64,000 nucleotides of DNA, taken from Polymyxa betae A26-41. Taxonomy: Eukaryota; Protista; Endomyxa: Phytomyxea. The notes under the pieces are model-generated. The model was not told where the DNA came from. It was given only the letters and a program-made list of their open reading frames with translations, and did no database searches. The stretch covers positions 1 to 64,000 of the forward strand of contig RBZT01000546.1 of NCBI GenBank assembly GCA_003693705.1, in the 5' to 3' direction. Position numbers and translations under genes: made by a program. Positions 12,807 through 21,689 of the stretch are shown here, one piece after another. Within the stretch, counting starts at the first letter, position 1, and every line of letters begins with the position of its first letter.

Positions 12807-13134
12807 TTATTGTATATCTGCTTTAGTTAGAAATTGCCGATTCGTGATATTGTTATCTTGGATTTCTTTCGATTCCAAAACGTTCTCGATGCAGGCTTTG
12901 AGAATCTGGAGACGGTCGAATTCGTTCCGAGGGCGGCCAATCGGCTCTCTGGTTATCTCCTGGATAGCTTGCTTAATGGCAGCTTCATCGTGCTACAGAC
13001 GCTTGAACATAAGCCTGAGGCTGTTAAGCGGCCTGACTCACCTCAAGCGCTGTTAACTGATCGGCTAAACGCCCACGAATTCTGTGTAGCAGCTCCGTTT
13101 GCTTGTCAAGATCTTGGTCGGCCGGCAACGACAT
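12807..13134 (-). CDS. Small protein resembling snRNA-activating complex subunit 5 (SNAPC5/SNAP19); absent from the ORF track
   Basis: MSLPADQDLDKQTELLHRIRGRLADQLTALE, then a 49-nt GTGAGT..TAG intron (12993-13041), then HDEAAIKQAIQEIT...DIQ*. This resembles the SNAPC5 N-terminal helix L.K..E.L......L.DQL..L...E..L. Further upstream exons are possible. Confidence 0.55.
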
Positions 13135-13559
13135 GGTTTGCCTATCCAATCGCACTATTGCAATTAAAGATTTCCGGAGAATTTTATCTGCTGATGAACA
13201 CAGCGATAACTGGCAGCAAATGACGATAACTTATTTCTCACTGCGTTCGATGGCGACGAACAGCGAAGCGAACGATGAATCATATTATCAGGTTAGACTT
13301 CACGATTGTCATTGGATAATGAGTTGTCGAGAATGCGTTCAGCGACTGATTCCTGGATTCCTGGCAATTGCTCTATACAATATTGTAGAACAAAAGATGG
13401 TGGGCTCTATTGCAGAGATTCGAAAGAATTTCAAAGTGACAATAACTGATGGCTGCGCACATTCACTACGATTTCGTTTCATCACTCGTTGCCATATTTG
13501 TTGATTTTCATTCTATTGAACAAGGGTGCCGAGCTCCGACTTCTGCATGGTCGTGAACC

Positions 13560-16418
13560 ATGGAAGAGAGCGAGCAAACGTGCAGCCATCTGGAACAGCT
13601 GCCTGTGGCTACTCGATCGGCGCTGCTGGATCTGCTCGGCAAAGTATCTCTATTCGATGCCGATTCTTTGATAGCGCCTAAGCTTCGTATAGGCTCGTGA
13701 TAGTTCTGCGGTTGCAGGGAAAAAAATAGTCTGTTGCGACTGCGACAAGGAAGTTGAGGAAGACCAATTGATGATATGCCTTCAAGTAATATTGCTGCCT
13801 TCGTAATTGGCATCGAAATCTGATAGTAATTCGAAAGTGCGCACCAAGTGTTGATGCTCGTTGTGGGCGTTATCTTGAACAGCATGCTTACCAGCATTGT
13901 GAATCAACAGGGCATCCGGTCTGCGCCAATTTGCGAACAACTTCCGTTTGGTGCTACAAATGCGATTCAGAAGTGTTTCTTCCCGAGTATGTAAAACATT
14001 CTTGACTGTCTTTAGCGTAGTCTTAATCTTTCCAGTGATGATGCTGGAGAATTCCAGGAGGATTTGCCTGAACGCAACGCCTCTCCCGAGCCTGTCTTAA
14101 TAACCGGTTCTTATCCAAACCCCATCGCTAAATTCCGTGAGATGAAAGGATATCTGGGTAAGATCTGCAGTTTTGGCCGCTGCCGAGAAAATGTTAAACA
14201 GAATCAAAGGCGACGGCTCATGGAATCTGAGTACAAAAAAGGGAGGGGGTCATCCTGGTCTAGCCAATCTGGGAAATACTTGCTTTTTGAACTCCGGATT
14301 GCAAGCGATTCTTCATGTTTCTGAGGTTGTCGATGCCTTCGCTCAGCGACGTGTACTTGGCATTTAGGATTCTGTGCCTTTCTTTGCTTCTAAAATTGCT
14401 CTAGTTCTTGGGAGAGGAGTTTAGGAATGGAAATAAGAACGAGCGCCTCCTTTCGAGTTTCTCTGAACTTACTACTAAAGTAATTTCTTCGCTTTTCTGA
14501 GACTTCAAAATGACATTTCACAGATATGGAGCGGCAATTATGAAGTTTGCGGTCCAAGAGATTTAATTCGAGACATATGGACTGTGAATCCAGCCTTTCG
14601 AGGTTATGACCAGCAAGACACACAAGAGTTTCTTCGCTGTTTGCTGGACTCTTTGCATGAGGCCTTGAAGCATTGGGTCCCAATACAGATTGGCAATGGT
14701 GCCACACGAACCGTTGAAAGATCTTTGGTTCATGACTTATTTCAAGGCCTTCTTTTATCTCAGGTAGAATTGGCTTTTGGCATGGAGGACTTTTTTTAAG
14801 TCCGATTAAGGTCATGTGTGAGAATTGCCATAATGTATCCGAGGTGTACGATCCATTTATGGATCTATCGTTGGAAATTCCTTCAAAGCAGCAAGTGAAG
14901 AAGGCCAGTGAACCAGCTGAATTTTGGCAGAAATTAGGGGGGACATCAGCCTCTACAAGTTTTATGTCCAGCTTTACTAATTTTTTCTCATCGCTTTCAT
15001 GGAGCGCGCCAATCTTAACTCTGGATATGTGTCTGCAGTCGTTCTGCTCCAAAGAATCGCTCATCAAAGTGGATCAGTATAGCTGCGAAAAATGCGATCA
15101 GAAAGTGAATGCCTCCAAAGTTCTTTCGATCGGAAAGTGTCCGGAAATTTTGATGCTGCATATCAAGCGCTTTGCTCATAGCAGTTTCTTTGGATCGAAA
15201 CTCACCACTCCTATTGACTTCCCATTGGAGGGTCTCGACTTGTTTCCTTATATAAGGAAGGCGCCTCCCGCTGAAATAACAAAATCTGGGGACAAAAGTG
15301 TCGCATCGAACGATTCGTGTCTATACGATCTTTGTTCGATTGTCAAGCACATGGGATCCATTAATGGCGGTCATTACGTCGCGTAAATGCTTGCGATTTG
15401 AGATTTGATCGATGTTGATTCTTGTCTCAGGTATGCAAAACACCACCGAACTGGAATTTGGTATGAGTTCGACGATCGGCGTGTTAGCGAAGTGTCGGAA
15501 GACACAGTCAGGTCTCAAGAAGCTTACATTTTGGTATATAGAAAGGCAACGTCAAAAGTTCTTTCTAGACCATTTGACAATTTCTTTGAACAAACATTAT
15601 TTCTTAAAGACGGTCTTCCCAAAGTATATATTTCTCTATACTGGCTCAAAAAGGCTGAGGTACGTGTTGTTCCATTGTTTTACTCCACGATTGAAAATTG
15701 GAATAGCTATTCAGCAATCCGGGTCCTATTGATAACTGGAGTTTGTGCTGTGAGCACGGTGTCCCATTGGAAGGAGACCTTACCAATACCAAGGCACTGC
15801 AAATTAGCCAGACTGCTTGGAAAGTAGGATTGAACCAAAATATCCTCAGCTCTTGTTGACGCTACTTCTAGGAGCTGCATAATAAGTTCGGCGGTGGTCC
15901 ATTGATTCCAGTCGATCGCCTTGCAGAAGAAAAACCTGTTTGTGAGGGTTGCTTAGACAGCAGGCGCGAGTTTGAGAAACGGTTGAAATTCGGATATGGT
16001 GGTGCGTCGTTGATGTCTAAACGAGTTTGCCTAGACGGATTACGTATTATATTGATGAGTATCCAGCGACTCGTGAAAACTATCTGATCTCTGAGCATTG
16101 GCTTGCACAATGGAGGGCGTTTATTTCTGGAGGTGGAATCTCAGTTCTGCAGCATAGCTATGTCTGAGTTTTGTTCTAGGGCCAGTACCTGGTCCAATCG
16201 ATAACGCTGTGTTATTTGAAACCGATGGCGTCACTCCGAAACCTGGATTGGAATGTAAAATAGATTACGCGCCCGTAAACATCCAAACCTGGAAAGCATT
16301 GCATCGGGTCTATGGGGGTGGGCCAGCCATTATACGATTTACAGATGACCTGTATGAAAAAGTCGCTAACCAACATGCTAATATCTCCACACCAGAAGAG
16401 CCAACAGTGACATCATAA
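13560..16418 (+). CDS. Ubiquitin-specific protease USP20/USP33-like (zf-UBP, USP, DUSP domains)
   Basis: Spliced N-terminus CSHL...CCDC...ICLQC...CGRY..QHAYQH....HPV...VWCYKCD (zf-UBP); Cys box GLANLGNTCFLNS; QQDTQEFL; His box HMGSINGGHYVAY...WYEFDD; DUSP motifs PGPIDN and YGGGP. Confidence 0.9.
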
Positions 16419-16457
16419 TATTATAATACAGTTAGATACATCTCATTGTACCATTTA

Positions 16458-17310
16458 TCATTCTTGCGTCATTACTACACACTGATTAACTGCATGCTGG
16501 CGGCCATCTTCCACTGAACTTGGTTGCAGAAACAACTCGGAAGTAGCACGACGGTGCTCTTCATGCATAACATCTGCAATGGATTCTGCAGGCGTTTGTA
16601 CGACATCAAACCGTTCCATTAACGTTTGCAAGAATGCCTGCTCGAATTTATCCCGATCTCCATCGATATGCTCTTTCATGCCGCAGAGAAATTCGTGATG
16701 GTTTCGAAGCTGACGATACTTCGGTTGCCTTCTCGGTGCCCGAAGATACGAAGCCATCGCTGCGTGATTCACATCCCATAGCAGAGAAGAATGATGAACC
16801 CAGCGTTGGCCGCTGATCGTTTGGGCATTGCCGCCAAATTTCTTGTCTTCAAAACAATAGTCGTTATCAACCTGGCAAACACGAATTAGGCCAATGTCAA
16901 GAACCATTACAGAAGACAACCAGAAGAAACTCGGATGAAGAGCAGCGGCGAAATACGTCTCGATAAAAGTCACTGGACCAGTTCATGATGGCCCTCGGTG
17001 AAGGGGTAGGCTGAAACAGACCCCCCATAATAAAACTGATCATGATCGCATTACGATCAACGAAAACCGTTCCTCCGCCTGTGTATCGCCGAATGAGACG
17101 AACACGATCGCCATAGGCGTTGTGCTCGTTGACGAGTTCTGAGACGACGCCGGACGTGCCCAGGACGATGGACGACTCAGTTGGGGCTGCCCTGTTCAGC
17201 ACGAGATAGTTGCCACGTGCCAGCCGATGCAACGCTTCCTCAAGGCGGAGCTGGTAGAGGAGGCAGGTCGAGCCCAGGTCGACAAGATTCAGCGCCGACC
17301 TGGACGCCAT
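16458..17310 (-). CDS. Lipoate-protein ligase A (BPL/LplA/LipB family), 2 exons
   Basis: QLRLEEALHR; IVLG.SG; RRYTGGGTVFVD; a 49-nt intron then NDY...KKFGGNAQ...RWVHHSSLLWD...QPKYR..R.H.EFL. Confidence 0.9.
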
Positions 17311-17524
17311 CTTGCCAATGACGACCCGCAGTTAAGTTTGACATGTCTCCTGCAAGGCTGCAACGTAACTATCGTTTATAAGTGGCATTATGAGTGAATG
17401 AGATTCAACTTCAGGCTGTGGAATGATAGGACACCTGTTCCAACCTATCATCGCCCATCGGTGCTTTGCCCCTGTTGGTCGTTGTTCTTGGATTTGTTGG
17501 TGTGTCTGGTCGAAACAAAAACAA

Positions 17525-17653
17525 TGTCTTGACCGTGATTCGAACCCGGGACCCTGGAGTCTTTGGTCTGGTTCGTTTCGCCTTATTTCGCTATGTTCTT
17601 GTGAAGTCCAGATAACGTACTGCTCCAAGTTCTACCTAACTTCGTATCATGAT
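17525..17653 (-). pseudogene. Degenerate intron-containing tRNA-like gene (apparent anticodon GTA), followed by oligo-T
   Basis: Minus strand reads ATCATGA-TA-CGAAGTTAGGTAGAAC-T-TGGAG-CAGTAC-[about 57-nt insert]-A-CTCCA-GGGTC-CCGGGTTCGAATCACGG-TCAAGAC-A-TTGTTTTT. Cloverleaf spacing, anticodon stem and B-box are intact; the acceptor, D and T stems carry mismatches. Confidence 0.65.
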
Positions 17654-17881
17654 TATTAGGGGTCGATTGGGTTACGTAAAGGATCTGGTAATGATAATGC
17701 AAATTCTCTGCGTTGAACTTCGTGAATTGCTGTGTTCAATCCATTCCTTCCTCTGATACGTCTGACTGCTCCCCATTTACACCTTTACTGTCACCCGTGC
17801 GCATTGAAGGCGTTATTCGATAATTCAATTCAAACGTCATCGTTAAGTGAAGCTATCAATGCTACTATCGTTCAACCAGTT

Positions 17882-17930
17882 ACTCCAGGGTCCAAGGTTC
17901 GAACCACGGTCGAAACTTGTTTTTTTTCGA
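17882..17930 (+). other. Second, inverted copy of the tRNA-like 3' half (B-box plus Pol III terminator)
   Basis: actccagggtccaaggttcgaaccacggtcgaaacttgttttttttcga aligns over about 50 nt with the reverse complement of 17510-17560. Confidence 0.8.
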
Positions 17931-18034
17931 GCATACACACCAACATATATAATTGCTCATTTCCAATCAATACAGCTCTCTAAGCAATCGTAATTTATCA
18001 TTGAAGTGAGGTAAGTATTATGCATTGGAACCCT

Positions 18035-19487
18035 TCAAGCATGAGGATATCCCCGAGACCAATCCATAGCCATCATCTGTTCATGGATCATCTGCTCATG
18101 GATCATCTGCTCATGGATCATCTGCTCATGGATCATCTGCTCATGGATCATCTGCTCATGGATCATCTGTTGATGGATCATCTGCTCATGAAGCATCTGG
18201 TGCGGCATCTGCATTGGGTTCGGGCCTGACACAACTCGTTTCAGATTTCGCATTCGACGATGATCAGCAGGATACCGTTGGGGAAATGACGACTATGGTG
18301 GAAGGCAGGCTGTGCATACGAGAGCGTCGGCTGCTGCTGAAGGAACTGATTCATGAGAAGAGGTGTTCCCTTATTGTGAGGCATCTGGGTGAGATGCTGT
18401 TCGGGTCTCATTCGAGCAGCATTCAACGGCAATCTGGCAGCAGAAGGACGGAATTCGGGAGAATCCGCCGATAGACATCGAGCTCCTGAACAGAAGCTCA
18501 GCACAAACCAAACGTTGAGAGAGAGTCGCCGACCATCCGTCTTCAGCTTGGGGGAAACGCCCTCAGGGGTGTCATTCGTCTGCTCGTGAACAGACACCGA
18601 TCTGGCCTTGTTCGGTGATGGACTACGAGGTGCATAATAATGAGCACATTTGACGAGCTCGACGATATCGTCGGAGTCGATGGGAACATATTGAACGCTG
18701 CCGCTGTCTGCGCTCGCATTATTGCTGTCCATCATGTATTTGGTGAACTGCAACGAATCGAGTTGAGCGATCTCGGGATAGAGCAATGAGCTATACAGGA
18801 CCAAGACGTAGATCGGGTCAACGGAATCGCCTGCCAAACCCGAATTCAGATTCGACGATAAAAACAGGTGACGACATCGCCCGACCTCGATGGACGTCTC
18901 GTTCGCCAACAGCCGATGGCAGCAGCGATTGGAATTCGTCAAAGTACGAAAGCGGACTGGCCGCCAGAAAACTCTCGTCGTTGACGGAGCGCTTCCCGAC
19001 CTCATCCGAGGCCGGAGTTGGAACGACGCCTTTGAAGAGCGAGGAGGGCGGCTTGAACGGCGCCGTATAGTAATAGACCTCGTATTCGTGGCCGTTCTCA
19101 TCAACGTTCAAGAACACGAATTTGTATGAAGGGACGCGGTTCTTCACCTCCATCGGAATGTACTGAATCGCTCCTTCGGGGATCGCCACGATCACCGAAT
19201 CGTGTCGTCGCGGATTCGCTCCCACGAGGGCGTCGTACGACGGAATCATCTTCCGCAGCATGTAGTCGGTGAACGTCAACGAATCCATCCTGGCGATCTC
19301 CGGGTAGACGTCGACGTCGTACAGGACCGGGATGAACATGGGCTGAGCCTTGTTGGGCTGCGGCGGAGCGGCCAGTACGCCTGCGAACAGATACGGATCA
19401 GATGCAGGATGAGAGGAGCGGCTTTGGACAATGCAACTGACAGGTGGCGATTATGGCGGCTATGGACAGAAGCGATACCAACGACAT
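18035..19487 (-). CDS. Secreted protein (signal peptide) with two copies of an unknown domain and a C-terminal (MIHEQ)n repeat; candidate effector
   Basis: Spliced start MSLVSLLSIAAIIAT|CVLAAPPQP. Copy 1: PMFIPVLYDVDVYPEIARMDSLTFTDYML...GAIQYIPME. Copy 2: PIYVLVLYSSLLYPEIAQLDSLQFTKYMM...GSVQYVPID. GT-AG introns link the three ORF-track fragments. Confidence 0.75.
18072..18199. repeat. 15-bp coding tandem repeat, about 8 units
   Basis: (catctgctcatggat)n; on the minus strand it encodes MLHEQ-MIHQQ-(MIHEQ)x6. Confidence 0.95.
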
Positions 19488-19762
19488 GGCTCAATCGATG
19501 GGCCTGGATCGAGGCGTTGGCGATTGTCGATCTCAGGGCTGGTGTGTTTCGGACTGCGTCACGGACTGCTGGTTCTCCTATCATCATGCTATGACGACGA
19601 ACTTCTCTCCGAATCCAAATGAACGGTCAGATCGGGTTGCAGCCAAGGATTCTGTTCCCCTTCTTGATCCCTTCTTCTGCTTGTTATTCTGTCTCATATT
19701 AGATCTGTCACTTGATTTCTGACGATCTTGTGAGCCGTAACTTTGGGGAATTTTTCGACGTT

Positions 19763-20413
19763 TTAATGTGCATAATCGGATAGGGAGACGAGATAATCAA
19801 TCAGCTGGGCGTCCTTGTTGGAATCGACGACTTTATCATGCCGATGCATCTCGTTCGGATTCGTCCTGCTGTCTTGCACGTTCTGGTGCTCGAGGTTCTT
19901 GGGCAGCACGCCGAACGCGCTGCACAGCATTCTCATCATCTTATGGATATCACGAAGCAGGGATTCGGAGACGGGCGTCGATCCCAGCAGCGCCACATCA
20001 TCGATGGGCTTCTCGAGATCATCGCCTGAACATCGATCGATCATGAGCCGAAGCCCGTCATGGAGCTGCGAACCACCTAGAAGCGGATTCTTTCGGAACG
20101 TGATCATGGCGTCCGGCGCCGTCTCCGGAATGTCGCTGGGATTCTCGTTCTCGATCTGATCCATGATCGTCTGATGAAAGACGCGACAATGTTTCCTGGC
20201 CGTCGTCTTCGACGGCCTCGCTGCCGAATACATAAACGGCTTCAAACAGGCAGCGCAGACGTACATCTGGCTCTGGGTCGTTAATTTCGATTGAAGGATC
20301 TGGCGGCGCAACTCGAGTTCGTCGAGTGCTCCGTCCTGCAGAAATCTTCTGACTCGACCCAGATGCAAACCTTGGCCATCGCCAGGTCCGATACCGAGCC
20401 GAGCACGCTTCAT
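19763..20413 (-). CDS. Hypothetical protein with a single C2H2-like zinc finger
   Basis: Intronless 216-aa ORF; YVCAACLKPF...TARKHCRVFH; N-terminal basic KRAR. Confidence 0.65.
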   Translation of the reverse strand: MKRARLGIGPGDGQGLHLGRVRRFLQDGALDELELRRQILQSKLTTQSQMYVCAACLKPFMYSAARPSKTTARKHCRVFHQTIMDQIENENPSDIPETAPDAMITFRKNPLLGGSQLHDGLRLMIDRCSGDDLEKPIDDVALLGSTPVSESLLRDIHKMMRMLCSAFGVLPKNLEHQNVQDSRTNPNEMHRHDKVVDSNKDAQLIDYLVSLSDYAH

Positions 20414-20679
20414 TGACGGGTTCAGATTGCGTCTGGCCCAGGCACATCTGGACGCGGGTTTGCCGCAATGAACAAATCTTGACTGGTGACCAATTCATCT
20501 CTCGGGAAACCGGCACCGACGCTCTCGTGCCCGGCGTCGACGTCAGGCGCTCCAATGTGGCCTAATGCGATCGGCGTCGTGGCGGTCAGCGAGATGGTGA
20601 TTGTCGCGACTTGGTCGTGAGGAATGCAGATTATGCTGGTTAGATCGTCGAGTACTTCTCATAATCGGGCATCAAATCC

Positions 20680-21648
20680 ATGCCTGGTTCGGATCGCGAA
20701 TTCCAGCGGGACTCGAGATCGACTTCGTTCCGATCCATATCGACTGCATTTCATTCGTCTCTGCAATCGATACAGTCGCGAGTGTCTGGCACTTGTTCGA
20801 AGATTGAAGAGAATGATGATTCTGATGATAAGAGCAGTAGTAGTAGCGGGAGCTCCAACCAGCATCTCTCTGCAATATCATCTCGCGTATCTTCATTCAA
20901 GTCGATTCTGTCTGCAAAGGTGACCATGACGACCTCGAAGGGATCCAGAATCTGGAAGAGACTTCGCAATGCCATCAAGGTCAAGATCATTCTGCAGAGA
21001 AACCGGGAACAGCACGTTATGGATACCACAGAACAAGAGAGTGCCACGCCGTCTGATATCGCATCTGAAGGCGTTAGTGTGGCAGTCCCGAACAAAAGAC
21101 CAGACGATTGGTTTTATCAAGAAGAAGTCAAGGTATCAGATGCAGCCAAGCGCCGTCAACAACAGCTCTCTGAACGTCTAACGGCGATTCGTGAAGCGGA
21201 ATGCACTTTCCGTCCAGCAATCACTGAACGTCGCCGAGCTCGGGTGAATTCCAGCTTCCTCCGAAGGCAAAAAACGTTTGAGAATCGACGGGCGTCGCTT
21301 TTGAACTATCAGAAAGCCAAACAGGAATGGGTTCTTCGTGATATCGTTAAGGAAGGTCAACGTCGCAAAGTCGCAGATCCGGAAGGTGTTTGGCAACGTT
21401 CCGTCGACTGGCAGATCAATCGCCTGAGCCGTCGAATATCTCGTCAGATCGATCAACGTGTTGATGATCTATCACATTGTCCATTTGAGCCATTACGAGA
21501 TTGGGAACGAGTCAGGACATCTAAAATGCACCAGTTTCATGTCTGGAAACAGACGTTGGATCATCGTCAACGGACTGATTTCTACAAAGACCTGGCCCAT
21601 GTCATTCAGTCTATTTCCGACGACGCACCGATCATGGAATCTCATTAG
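20680..21648 (+). CDS. Hypothetical basic coiled-coil protein with ECTFRPAI / HCPFEP motifs
   Basis: 322-aa intronless ORF with a Ser-rich N-terminus and CxFxP short motifs of a kind seen in protist cytoskeletal proteins. Confidence 0.65.
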   Translation: MPGSDREFQRDSRSTSFRSISTAFHSSLQSIQSRVSGTCSKIEENDDSDDKSSSSSGSSNQHLSAISSRVSSFKSILSAKVTMTTSKGSRIWKRLRNAIKVKIILQRNREQHVMDTTEQESATPSDIASEGVSVAVPNKRPDDWFYQEEVKVSDAAKRRQQQLSERLTAIREAECTFRPAITERRRARVNSSFLRRQKTFENRRASLLNYQKAKQEWVLRDIVKEGQRRKVADPEGVWQRSVDWQINRLSRRISRQIDQRVDDLSHCPFEPLRDWERVRTSKMHQFHVWKQTLDHRQRTDFYKDLAHVIQSISDDAPIMESH

Positions 21649-21689
21649 AATTCGCTTAAGTCAACTAGGGTAAACCGAAGTGAATAGAG

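Noticed and set aside
17423-17451. 8-bp hairpin ATGATAGG/CCTATCAT downstream of the tRNA-like terminator
   Set aside because: Short and isolated, and compatible with chance or with the lipoate ligase promoter.
18072-18199. CRISPR-like array
   Set aside because: Direct tandem repeats with no spacers, inside a eukaryotic exon.
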